Shown here in pieces: positions 32,233-41,852 of a DNA stretch of 64,000 nt. A model generated the notes under the pieces. The model made no database searches. It was not told the origin of the DNA and was given only the letters and a program-made list of their open reading frames with translations. The position numbers and the translations under genes are program-made. Numbering within the stretch: the first letter of the stretch is position 1; every line of letters begins with the position of its first letter. Source of the DNA: Coleofasciculus chthonoplastes F2-STO-03 (lineage in GTDB: Bacteria > Cyanobacteriota > Cyanobacteriia > Cyanobacteriales > Coleofasciculaceae); contig JAVJWO010000179.1 in the NCBI GenBank assembly GCA_040222015.1, forward strand, positions 26,751-90,750, read 5' to 3'.

Positions 32233-32727
32233 ATGCTCACACATCACCGCTTACCTGTTTGCCTTTCGGTTGTATCGACGGATCTACCGATTTGGTTCAC
32301 GATCGAAACGGCGGCTACGCTGTATCAAAAAGAACGCGATCGCTTTCACTTACTCTTGAGAGAACCCCCACTCCCGGAATGGGAATTCCGACACCCTCCC
32401 CAAACTAGCCCCACGGATGTCGTTAAGCGCACTCCCCAGCGACTCTTGTGGCTAGAAATTTCCCCCTATCGGATGATTATGACGATGCAGGCAAACGATA
32501 ACTTAAGTTATCGTCACCGTTGGGAGCGAGGGGTTTATGGTATCAGTCGCTATTGGCTTCATGAAAAGGCGACAAAGAACCATCAGTCTTTGCAACTGCG
32601 AAATTATACCCGGATGCTGAAACTAGAGGGATACCCCTTACCCCGAAGCTTGGAACTTGACTATGAACTCTGGTCTGGCAAGGTGCGCCTGGGTCACTAC
32701 CTGCTTCGGCTACAGATGTATCATTGA
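32233..32727 (+). CDS. Conserved cyanobacterial hypothetical protein
   Basis: MLTHHRLPVCLS...ETAATLYQK...WLEISPYR...SYRHRWE. Start set at ATG 32233. Confidence 0.75.
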   Translation: MLTHHRLPVCLSVVSTDLPIWFTIETAATLYQKERDRFHLLLREPPLPEWEFRHPPQTSPTDVVKRTPQRLLWLEISPYRMIMTMQANDNLSYRHRWERGVYGISRYWLHEKATKNHQSLQLRNYTRMLKLEGYPLPRSLELDYELWSGKVRLGHYLLRLQMYH

Positions 32728-32840
32728 TGGGATTAAGTTAAGTTCGGTAAACCCAATATTGTTTATTAAGGAACATTAAGATTGAAATAAACTTTCTTAC
32801 GATGCGTGACTTAGTACATTTGCAGAGGGGGAACTTCAGA

Positions 32841-33698
32841 TTAAAATTTTCGTTTGGGAATCGCATATCTGATGCCTCCCTTTTTACCCATAACATCTCC
32901 CTGGTAACGCGGGAGAACATGAATACTGGTGTGCATCATTTTTTGTCCCGCCTCTCGATTCACATTGAATCCCACATTAAACCCATCGGGATGAAATTGA
33001 TCGGTTAAAAACTCTTGGACTTTGTTAACCATGAACCAGCAAGCGGATTGTTCTTTAAAGTCCAGATCAAAATAATTGGCAACATGACGTTTAGGAATCA
33101 CCAGAACATGACCTTTACTAGCTGGATACCCATCGAACATGGCATAAGCTGTGGCTGACTCGGTTAGGACTCGCAGACTTCTGCGGGGGTTACAAAAGAT
33201 GCACTTATTTTCTGAATGTCTTTGATAGTTATAATGAACGTATTCGTAAATTTCGCAATACTCGTCTAGGTGAATGGATTGAAATGGGAGTTTGACTATG
33301 CACTGATAGGTGGGCTTTTTATGAATATAATGTTCTCGAAATCCTTCTTTTTTTAGATCTCGCCTCACGGCATAATAGGCTTTTCCACCGGGTTTTAATA
33401 AATGTGAAACATTCATGAGAACAGTTGCTTGTTCTTCAGCAAAGAGAACATTTAACACATAAAAGCAGAGGATGGTATCAAATTTAATCGTGGGGTATTC
33501 GCGGAAATAGTAGGGGTCATATCCGGTGATATCAAAGCCTTTTTGCCGCAAAAGTTTGACATCATTACCCAAACCACAACCAAAGTCTAAAATTTTGCCG
33601 TGAAGCAGCTTTTTATCAACGAGAAGCTGTCCGGGAAAGGAGAGATAAACTCTGTCTTTAGCGGTGAGATGACTGAATGTATTGGCTTGCTTTTTCAT
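32841..33698 (-). CDS. Bifunctional class I SAM-dependent methyltransferase / HIT-family protein
   Basis: ILDFGCGLG and YDPYY; C-terminal CIFC, DGYPASKGHVLVIPKRHV, GFNVGFN and HTSIHVLPR. Confidence 0.85.
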   Translation of the reverse strand: MKKQANTFSHLTAKDRVYLSFPGQLLVDKKLLHGKILDFGCGLGNDVKLLRQKGFDITGYDPYYFREYPTIKFDTILCFYVLNVLFAEEQATVLMNVSHLLKPGGKAYYAVRRDLKKEGFREHYIHKKPTYQCIVKLPFQSIHLDEYCEIYEYVHYNYQRHSENKCIFCNPRRSLRVLTESATAYAMFDGYPASKGHVLVIPKRHVANYFDLDFKEQSACWFMVNKVQEFLTDQFHPDGFNVGFNVNREAGQKMMHTSIHVLPRYQGDVMGKKGGIRYAIPKRKF

Positions 33699-33955
33699 CG
33701 GACAGGAACTCCCCCAAAAAGCCACAGTTGCCCGCAAACTACAATTAGGTTGGGTTAGATATACCGTAGGGTGGGCAATGCCCACCAACCTTAAATCAGT
33801 GACCTTCGTATTAGGTTAAATGGCACTGACTTTAGAGTTTGTAGTAAGCGCTTAAGCGCTTACTACGAACCCAGCTTAAGTCAGCTACATTCGTATTAGG
33901 TTGGGTTTCGACTTCGCTCAACCCAACCGAAAAAGTAAAATGAGCGGATTAGCGA

Positions 33956-34078
33956 TTAATCGATGATCGCATTGACTAAGACTTCGGCTAGTGTCATATC
34001 CGCCATGTCATCTAGGGTAGCAGTGTCCGCAATATCAAACTTAGCACCTGCTCCTTGCAGTTCATCATCCAGAATCTT
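33956..34078 (-). pseudogene. C-terminal fragment of a vWA paralogue
   Basis: Translates as KILDDELQGAGAKFDIADTATLDDMADMTLAEVLVNAIID*, nearly identical to the C-terminus of 34363-34980. Confidence 0.85.
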
Positions 34079-34081
34079 AAT

Positions 34082-34187
34082 TAGGTTGAATGTCACTGAC
34101 TGGTATGCTGGTGGGCATCGCCCACCCTACGGTATATTAAGAATCTCGGCAATCCCACAATGCTTATTGAGCGTGCCATTGAGCTTA
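34082..34187. mobile_element. MITE carrying a GTAG-type REP (homologue at 40705-40810)
   Basis: Ends TAGGTTGAATGTCAC / GTGCCATTGAGCTTA with internal GTAGGGTGGGCGATGCCCACC. It aligns end to end with 40705-40810 in inverted orientation. Confidence 0.65.
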
Positions 34188-34193
34188 AGTTGA

Positions 34194-34295
34194 TAAGCTG
34201 TCATGCATTTAAATTGGGTATAGGTAGTGAGCAAGATGCTCACACTACAAAAATTTCCCATTCTTGATATTACGGTTTAAAAGCCAAACAGCTTA
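34194..34295. mobile_element. MITE with TAAGCTGT TIRs
   Basis: TAAGCTGTCATGCATTTAAA ... TTTAAAAGCCAAACAGCTTA. Confidence 0.55.
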
Positions 34296-34362
34296 GGGAC
34301 GGTTTAACTGATAACATTATTAATCAAACCAATAACTTTAGTAAACCCGCCCCGCTTAAGGT

Positions 34363-34980
34363 TCAATCCTCAATGGCGTTCAACAAGATTTCAGGTAACG
34401 TCATATCTGCCATATCATCCAGGGTAACGGTGTCAACGATATCGAATTTAGCACCCGCCCCTTGCAACTCATCATCAAGAATCTTGAGAAATCGCGTGGC
34501 TGTGGGATCGTTACCCACTTGAATCATAGAAATGGCTAATTCTTCATCCCGATCCATCTGACGCGACGCTTCCACAATCACTCGCATCACAGCTTTGCGA
34601 TCGTCCGGTTCCCCATCGGTGATGACTAAAATGGTTTCGCCTTCGGGTTTGGTTTGTCCGGCTGATTTGCGCTGAAAGTAGCTATTCAGTGCATCCTGAA
34701 GTACACTAGCCAAGTCAGTCCGTCCCATGGGGTCATTTTCTAAGAAGATTTGTCCCACTTTGTCTGAGATAACGTTATCGTAGCGTTTAAAGCGACTGGA
34801 AAAAAGGTAAACGGTTATACCATCGGGGTCAAACTGTTCACATTTTCGGGCGAGGGCGAGAGTTGATTCTTGGGCGGTATACCAACGGGTTTGCCCACCG
34901 GGTTGATCCGGTGTAGACATGCTGCCACTTTTATCGATGATTAGGGTGTAGTCGCGGTTTTCCATAATTGAATCTGCCAT
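34363..34980 (-). CDS. vWA domain protein
   Basis: MIDAS motif IIDKSGSM; ILVITDGEPD; IQVG. Confidence 0.9.
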   Translation of the reverse strand: MADSIMENRDYTLIIDKSGSMSTPDQPGGQTRWYTAQESTLALARKCEQFDPDGITVYLFSSRFKRYDNVISDKVGQIFLENDPMGRTDLASVLQDALNSYFQRKSAGQTKPEGETILVITDGEPDDRKAVMRVIVEASRQMDRDEELAISMIQVGNDPTATRFLKILDDELQGAGAKFDIVDTVTLDDMADMTLPEILLNAIED

Positions 34981-35562
34981 AACACTGATTTCGCGGATTT
35001 ATATAGAGAGATTGGGCTGGGGATTTGGGATTTTGGTCACACTGATTTCACGGATTTATGAGAGCGATCGGGCTGGGGATGTCCGAGGGTAGTAGCACTG
35101 ATTACACGCTCGGTTTTGGTACTCAAGGGCGGGTGTATGTCAACGCAAGTAGGTTGGGTTGAGGAACGAAACCCAACGAGAGCAGGTGAGCTTGAACATC
35201 TTGTACAAACCTGATCTGCTCCCCTCAACTGTTGATTACTTTTTAGTCTACCTCTATGCGTACCTGAGGTCATACACCTTTTGGTTGAATGTCACCGACT
35301 TAAGGGTGGTGGGCATTGCCCACCCTACGGTATATCCTGACTTTTCACGAGAAGTATAGAAACCTGAGCCGGGGCGGGCGCGAGTCACTTATGGGTGCAA
35401 CCGAAAAGATAGTAGTGAAACCCGCCCCTACAGGATGCTGCTAGCGAATTTAACATTTTGCCCTGGAATGACCGAAATACGTTAGAGCCGCTAACGATTT
35501 TATTGGCTTTGAGCGTTCTTTTATCACATTCGCCAGCAAAGCTACAGGTTACAGGATTAGGA

Positions 35563-36648
35563 TTATTTCCATCCTGCCCGATCCATTAATTTCACGGCTT
35601 CTGGGTTCTTTTCTCCATAACTGACGACATCTAACTCTGATTCTTTGAAGTCGCCAAAGTCAGCCACAACGGGATTGGGTTCCATATCTGTTACGACAGG
35701 ATACTCATTCGCTTGATTGGCAAAGATTTCCTGGGCTTCGGGTGTCACCAGGTACTCTAGAAACTTAACGGCATTCTCTTGGTTCGGTGCATTGGTAACT
35801 ACACCACCACCACTGATGTTGATATGAGTCCCATCGGCGGTTTGATTAGGGAAGAACACGTCTACTTTTTCCGCTACGTCTTGATCTTCCGCGGCATCGG
35901 ATTTTTTGAGACGGGCTACATAGTAATGGTTAACGATCGCAACATCACATTGACCGGCGGCTACGGCTTTAATTTGCGCGGTGTCATTGCCTTCGGGGGG
36001 ACGGGCAAAGTTATCCACTAAGCCTTTGACCCAGTTTTCTGTCTCTTCCATCCCTTTGCCTTCGATTTTAGAGGCGACTAAGGATTGGTTGTAGATATTT
36101 TCGGAACTGCGGATGCACACTCGTCCTTTCCATTCGGGTTCGGCTAAGGCTTCATAAGTGGAGAGTTCCTCTGGCTGAACGTTCTCTTTGTTATAGACAA
36201 TGATTCGCGCCCGTTTGGATAATCCAAACCATTCTCCTTGGGGATCACGGAGATTGGCGGGAACGGCTGATTCTAAGGTTTCTGAGGAAATGGGTTGTAA
36301 CAAGCCTTCCTCTTGTGCCCGCCACAGGCGCCCCACGTCAACGGTAATTAATACGTCCGCCGGACTGTTTTCGCCTTCACTCTTGATCCGTTCGATCAAC
36401 TCATCGGCGTCTCCTTCAATCAGGTTCACCTCGATTCCCGTTTCTTCGGTGAAGTTCTCGTAGAGGGCATCATCGGTGTCATAATGGCGGGCGGAATAGA
36501 GGTTAATTTCTCCCGCATCGGCTGTGTTTTCAGCCGCGCCATCTGTACTTGCAGTATCGGCGGGTTCGTTGGGATTTGAACAGCTTGCAACGACTAACAG
36601 GGCGAGTCCAGAGCAGAGTCCAATTATACTACGTCTAGTAATTTTCAT
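35563..36648 (-). CDS. futA: Fe(3+) ABC transporter substrate-binding protein (FutA/IdiA family)
   Basis: Signal peptide with lipobox-like VASC; LYSARHY, SPADVLITVD, NHYY and HINISG. Confidence 0.9.
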   Translation of the reverse strand: MKITRRSIIGLCSGLALLVVASCSNPNEPADTASTDGAAENTADAGEINLYSARHYDTDDALYENFTEETGIEVNLIEGDADELIERIKSEGENSPADVLITVDVGRLWRAQEEGLLQPISSETLESAVPANLRDPQGEWFGLSKRARIIVYNKENVQPEELSTYEALAEPEWKGRVCIRSSENIYNQSLVASKIEGKGMEETENWVKGLVDNFARPPEGNDTAQIKAVAAGQCDVAIVNHYYVARLKKSDAAEDQDVAEKVDVFFPNQTADGTHINISGGGVVTNAPNQENAVKFLEYLVTPEAQEIFANQANEYPVVTDMEPNPVVADFGDFKESELDVVSYGEKNPEAVKLMDRAGWK

Positions 36649-36774
36649 TAGTGAACCAGTCTTTTTGTGATTTAGGTTGAGTCCCAGTGAGCCGCGACCC
36701 TTGATCAGTGACCCGTTGCTATTGCCAGGGGTTCACTCAGGGTTACGATGCTGCACTGGAGTAGACAGATGATT

Positions 36775-36806
36775 ATTGTACCTGTTAATGCAATTAATTC
36801 TTAATT
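36775..36806 (-). promoter_or_regulatory. Putative futA promoter: -10 TACAAT and upstream Fur-box-like AT-rich site
   Basis: The minus strand reads AATTAAGAATTAATTGCATTAA...GGTACAAT upstream of an iron-uptake gene; by-eye resemblance only. Confidence 0.4.
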
Positions 36807-36940
36807 GAGTTCTAATTAGAGGCTGTTGAATAAGTATTGTGGTGGGGAGAGGCAACTCTTAACAGGGAACAGGGAACAGTTTCAACCCCCTGTTGAGTGC
36901 CTTTTTACTGGACGTATGTACTGATAGGGAGGATAATCTG

Positions 36941-38065
36941 TTGGCAGACGATCGCGCTTATTGGTTAGCTTGGTCACAAGTCCCGCGTGTGGGACCGGTG
37001 TTACTGCGACGCCTACAGCAGCATTTTGACACATTAGCAGAGGCTTGGGCGTCTCCAGCGAGGGAGTTGGGTCAAGTGGAAGGGTTTGGGCGGCAATTAG
37101 TTCAGGCTGTGGAGAAGACGCGATCGCACCTCAATCCCCAACAGTTTCTGGAACAACACTGTATCAAAAATCCCTGTTTCTGGACACCTGCTGATCCGGA
37201 TTATCCCCGCTTATTGTTAGAGATTCCCAGTCCACCGCCTGTATTGTACTATCGCGGACAGGTGGATCAGCAGGAAAATCAGGGGATGAAACCCATGGTT
37301 GCGATCGTCGGAACTCGTGAACCGACGGATTATGGTAAACGTTGGACGAGGAAAATTAGTGCAGCGCTGGCAAAAAAGGGCTTTACTATCGTATCTGGAA
37401 TGGCAGCCGGGATTGATACCGAAGCCCACAAGGGATGTTTAGAGGCGGGTGGGAGAACGGTAGCGGTTTTTGGCACAGGAATTGATGTGATTTATCCACC
37501 CCGGAATAAATTACTGTATGAAACTATTTTAGACCGGGGATTAGTATTAAGTGAATATCCCGCCGGAACCAAGCCGAATCGTCCCCACTTTCCCCAACGC
37601 AATCGCATTATTGCCGGGTTGAGTCGGGCGGTTTTAGTGATGGAAGCGCCAACAAAATCAGGGGCGTTGATTACGGCATATCAAGCCAATGAGTTTTGTC
37701 GGGATGTCTATGCGTTACCGGGTTCCTTGGATAATCCTAATGCGGTGGGATGTTTGGGATTATTGAATCGGGGAGCAAGTGTGATTTTGAGTGAGGGGCA
37801 TTTGTTAGATATGTTGGGGGCGATACCGGAATTAGATACAGGGAAACAGTTGTCTTTATTTGAGCCAGAACCTGTTAAAGCGACGCCGGAGTTAGCGCCA
37901 GAGTTGGCAAAGGTGTTTCAGGTTTTAGGGATTGAACCGACGCCTTTGGATGTGATTGTTCAGGAAACCGGGATGACAGTGGCGGAGATTTCTGGTGTTT
38001 TGTTGCAGTTGGAATTAGAGGGGTTAGTGTCGCAGTTACCGGGGATGTTATATCGGCGAAATTGA
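36941..38065 (+). CDS. dprA: DNA processing protein A
   Basis: VAIVGTR, VSGMAAGIDTEAH, FPQRNRIIAGLS, SGALITA and a C-terminal winged helix. TTG start follows a GGAGGA RBS. Confidence 0.95.
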   Translation: MADDRAYWLAWSQVPRVGPVLLRRLQQHFDTLAEAWASPARELGQVEGFGRQLVQAVEKTRSHLNPQQFLEQHCIKNPCFWTPADPDYPRLLLEIPSPPPVLYYRGQVDQQENQGMKPMVAIVGTREPTDYGKRWTRKISAALAKKGFTIVSGMAAGIDTEAHKGCLEAGGRTVAVFGTGIDVIYPPRNKLLYETILDRGLVLSEYPAGTKPNRPHFPQRNRIIAGLSRAVLVMEAPTKSGALITAYQANEFCRDVYALPGSLDNPNAVGCLGLLNRGASVILSEGHLLDMLGAIPELDTGKQLSLFEPEPVKATPELAPELAKVFQVLGIEPTPLDVIVQETGMTVAEISGVLLQLELEGLVSQLPGMLYRRN

Positions 38066-38138
38066 ATCATTATTTTATCGTAGGGGCGCACAGACGTGCG
38101 CCCGGTTTTAGGTTGTGTACCTGCACGTTTTTATTATT

Positions 38139-38289
38139 TCCCCCTCATCCCCTAACCCCTTCTCCCACCCCCCTCGTTGGAGGACAGAGGATGCTTCGCT
38201 TTTGTTGCACGGGAGAAGGGGAACCGGACTCTCTTGCTCCCCTCTTACTCCCCTCTCCCAAGCTTGGGAGAGGGGCTGGGGGTGAGGGC
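38139..38289. repeat. C-rich/G-rich double-hairpin repeat (same family as the repeats in hsdM and hsdR)
   Basis: CCCCTCATCCCCTAACCCCTTCTCCC...GGGAGAAGGGG-linker-CCCCTCTCCCAAGCTTGGGAGAGGGGCTGGGGGTGAGGG. Confidence 0.75.
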
Positions 38290-38405
38290 TGGAAGTTAGC
38301 GTTCGCGTAGCGTTCTCAAAGGGTAGCGTAACGCACAATAACTTTTGTCGTAAGCGATGCGAACGTTTATAGCGCTAAAGCGCAACTACGAACCTCTAAA
38401 TTGCC

Positions 38406-39044
38406 TTAAAGACTATCTGGATCAATATTCAACTCCCGCAATTTTGCCGCTAACCGTTCAGCGCGTTGCGCTTCTTGTTCTCGCTGTTGTTCTAATTCCA
38501 AATAGGACAAAAACCGTTGCCCATCTGGTCGATATAATTCTAACCCTGTTTCTGTTAATTCAAACCGCACCGTTAAGCGAGGACTGACCCAGCCGGACAT
38601 GGGTTCAATGACTTCTAATAGTCCTTCTATTCTTTGCCAGCCTCTCAAGTCTTTATTGTCTGGATCATAGAGGTAATATTCTTCCACACCATAACGGTTA
38701 TAAAATGCCAGTTTTTTATCCATTTTGGTCTGGCTGTCATGATAGGAACGGATTTCAAAGACAACCTGCGGCGGGATATTATTTTCGCGCCATTGTAGGT
38801 AGGAACGGCGATCGCGTTTCGGTACGCCAAACACAACCATAACATCGGGCGCTTGGGAGATGGTGTTATTGCCTTCAACTGGATACCAAAGTAAATCTCC
38901 GGCTACAAAGACATTCGGGTCATCTTTAAATAAAGCATCACAGCCGCCTTGGATTTTGGTAATCCATTGATATTGAAGGGTGCTGTCTGCCATGGGTTTA
39001 CCATCACTAGAGGGATAAATGATTTCTTCTTTGGCGAGTGTCAT
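38406..39044 (-). CDS. Uma2-family endonuclease
   Basis: YPSSDGKPMADST, APDVMVVFG, PQVVFEIRS and YGVEEYYLYDP. Confidence 0.93.
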   Translation of the reverse strand: MTLAKEEIIYPSSDGKPMADSTLQYQWITKIQGGCDALFKDDPNVFVAGDLLWYPVEGNNTISQAPDVMVVFGVPKRDRRSYLQWRENNIPPQVVFEIRSYHDSQTKMDKKLAFYNRYGVEEYYLYDPDNKDLRGWQRIEGLLEVIEPMSGWVSPRLTVRFELTETGLELYRPDGQRFLSYLELEQQREQEAQRAERLAAKLRELNIDPDSL

Positions 39045-39240
39045 AGTCTTAAAGCCTAAGTTGAATTTACTTAGTTATATGTTGTTGTGTTGTCGTTGAG
39101 GGATATTGATTAAATTGTATCAAAATTTGCATCTCTAATAAGATTATCCTGTAGGGGCGACCCGCTTGCATAAATTGACAATTGTATCTATTCAATTTGA
39201 ACGGGTCGCCCTTTGTTTTTAGGGGAATTATAAACATCTG

Positions 39241-39305
39241 AGTCGGGGCGGGTTTAGTCACATCTGGGTGCAACCAAAAAGATAGTTGTGAAACCCGCCC
39301 CTACA
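39241..39305. repeat. Dispersed REP-like element GGGGCGGGTTT...AAACCCGCCCC
   Basis: Copies at about 1238-1293, 35366-35432, 43837-43901, 51775-51850 and 52981-53033. Confidence 0.8.
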
Positions 39306-39331
39306 CATTTAACACGAATGTCGCTGAATTA

Positions 39332-39408
39332 AGTTCGTAGTAGGCACTTTAGTGCCAGAAGCGCTAAAGCGCTGACTACAAACTCTAAAGTCAGTGCAAT
39401 TTAAGTTA
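39332..39408. repeat. Dispersed GTAG-type REP (GTAGTAGGCACTTTAGTGCC...GCGCTAAAGCGCT.ACTAC)
   Basis: Copies at about 22477-22552, 33812-33870, 38346-38400 and twice in 48218-48350. Confidence 0.8.
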
Positions 39409-39478
39409 ACACTAACGTTGTTTAGATTGGATTCTGTAAATAAAATTTATGGCTAATATTATAGCATATTTAAGTATT

Positions 39479-40579
39479 TTAATTCTCTAATTGTGCCAAT
39501 TTATTCTGAGCAAAATTCCTAACTTGCTCATCAGGATCATTTTCGGCTCTGTCGCGCAGCAAGGGTAGAGTCTGGGGATTATCAGGATATTGTTTGATAA
39601 TGATTTTAAGTGCTAATTGCCGAGGATTCTCTTCCCACTTTTCCTCCCGCACAAAGGGATCATTGAGAGCGCGATCGCGTAATAATTCAAATAGCCATGG
39701 CTCATCCTTCCAGCCTTTTGCTAATTCTTGCACCGCTGCTTGTCGCACAGTAGAATCATCATCAGATTGGGCTTTTTGTTTCAGCCAAGGTAAGGTGTCT
39801 GGAGAATCATGCCAGGTTGTCGCAATTGCCGCAACCGCTTGAATACGAATTTCTCGAACTAAAATGAATTCCCTCATAGAAGATGGTTCGTATTGGGGGA
39901 TGAAGAGTCGCCAGAGTTTCAGTTGGTTATAGGCGCAGCCTGTTGTATCTAAACTTGATAGGTTTAAATTGCTGTAGCGATCGCGTAATCCTTTTTGATA
40001 TTTGGTTAGATTAAAATCGGGAGTAATTCCAGCATTTTCTCGCCCTTGTTGTTCAATGGATTCCTGAATCTCTAATTCTAACATTGCCCTTAACTCTGGC
40101 GAAATCCGAACCAGGCGTTTCACTTCTGTGACATATTGCTTGGCAATCCCATCCCAGTTAAACCCAGTCGGCATATTGGGTGAATAGCGCTGTACCCAAA
40201 TGGTTCTTAATTGATTGGCGTCAATTCCTCGGCAATCTTTTTCAAAGGCTTTTCCCAATAGCGGTTTTACCTCGTCATCTCGGATAAACCGCCCGATTTC
40301 GACTTGATAGGTGTCTCTGACTTCGGCTTCGGTTAACTCACATTCAAATAAGAGTTCATCTTCGATTAGTTTCAAGAATTGGGCTAAAGCTTCCAGTAAG
40401 GATTTCTTGAGGACATCCGGTGAGGCTAATAGTACCCCCTTGCTGAGGCAGTCTTTGAAAAAATCGTTAACGTATTCTTCCAGCTTTTCCTGCTGTAATT
40501 TCAGCCAAATCTGCTTGAGTTCTAAATTTTTAACGATTAAAGTGCCGACACTACTCAAAGCTGTCCCCGGTTCCACCAT
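39479..40579 (-). CDS. NACHT-associated N-terminal domain fused directly to HEAT-like repeats (NTPase apparently deleted)
   Basis: The N-terminus ends in FNLTKYQKGLRDRYSNLNLSSLD...LKLWRLFIPQ, the usual lead-in to NACHT. It then jumps to HEAT repeats (VRQAAVQELAKGWKDEP) with no Walker A/B. Confidence 0.65.
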   Translation of the reverse strand: MVEPGTALSSVGTLIVKNLELKQIWLKLQQEKLEEYVNDFFKDCLSKGVLLASPDVLKKSLLEALAQFLKLIEDELLFECELTEAEVRDTYQVEIGRFIRDDEVKPLLGKAFEKDCRGIDANQLRTIWVQRYSPNMPTGFNWDGIAKQYVTEVKRLVRISPELRAMLELEIQESIEQQGRENAGITPDFNLTKYQKGLRDRYSNLNLSSLDTTGCAYNQLKLWRLFIPQYEPSSMREFILVREIRIQAVAAIATTWHDSPDTLPWLKQKAQSDDDSTVRQAAVQELAKGWKDEPWLFELLRDRALNDPFVREEKWEENPRQLALKIIIKQYPDNPQTLPLLRDRAENDPDEQVRNFAQNKLAQLEN

Positions 40580-40704
40580 GATGCAATTCCTACAGGAAAC
40601 TCATTTTTACCATTTTAGGCAAGAATACTTTTGTCGGTTGGGTTGAGGTAAGTAGGCTGAGACTTCTCGTACTCGCCTAGGAGAACTTGAAGGGTAGAGT
40701 AACC

Positions 40705-40810
40705 TAACTTTAATGGTACTGAAAATTTGCATTTTTGGCTCGCCGAAACTCTTGATATAGCGTAGGGTGGGCATTGCCCACCAACATACCAGTCAGTGCC
40801 ATTCAACCTA
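40705..40810. mobile_element. MITE carrying a GTAG REP (homologue of 34082-34187)
   Basis: TAACTTTAATGGTACTGA ... GTAGGGTGGGCATTGCCCACC ... TCAGTGCCATTCAACCTA. Confidence 0.65.
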
Positions 40811-41852
40811 ACTTCAGTATCAGAAGGCACTCAGGTTGGGGGTATCTGATTGTCCCTTGTTAACGGGCGGGTAATTTCCGCTGCGCTGCACAGGGGTTAG
40901 CCTGTTGGGTAACAAGCGTCAACCCAACCTACTGGCTACTGGCGTGGCTTGAGGTGTAAGTGGGGTGTAGTGACGTGGCTCACTTTATTTGATGAATTAA
41001 CCCCACGCCCGGAAAACCTATAAAATCAGGGGCTAAAGCCCCTACTACGAACATAGACTTTATCCTGATACTATTTCTCGTAATACATTATCCCTAAATG
41101 TATGACAAATGTATGTCATTCTTGTCTGACGATTCGCTGAATAAGTCAGGGTTTCATATAGAGCTTGGTTGGCTTAAAGATAAAATTTTAATTCTGCAAA
41201 TAGAAAATTAATTAACTTGAATACTGTTTTTTATTTATTGCCCATAAATTATAAACAATTGATAAATTTGTTGTCGAAAATCAATCTTGTGCAATAGCAT
41301 GGGAATGATGCAGAAAACAGTCTGATCGGATGAAAAAACTGGGTGTCTATAGTAGTCTGGGTTAAACGCTCCTATAGAATGTATGTCAATCAAAGCCAAT
41401 ACCTCGTCAGGGTATTTGGCTTAAATCTTGGTCAAACCCAGCATTTGTGAACAGGCTGAGTGTTCGTTCTAAATTCAGCCAAAAACGATGATAGGCTCTC
41501 GTCCTACAGATTGGCTAAACCAGGGTTATCTATGATTATGAGCAAACTTAAATTCAACTGAACTAAACAGCAAGTATCCTGCGATGACCTACACCTTGAC
41601 AGACTTACGATTTTGCAGCATACGTTTGGCTTATCCTTTAGGAAAAATGCCCTGAGTTAATTTATCGGTAAAGATGTAACCAATTTCATCCCTGTGCTAA
41701 GAGTATTCGGGTAAAAACCCATCCCCCCTAATCTGGCAAAACAGAAGACTAGGGGAGCTCCAAGGAAATGAATGGACTGTATTTTTTCGCCTCCCGTCTC
41801 CGGAAGGGAGATGGATTTGTTCAACGGAATCTAGAGTGGTAGGTAACCAGCC

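Noticed and set aside
34981..35108. Mini-CRISPR
   Set aside because: Only two degenerate units with a short gap, and no leader or cas context.
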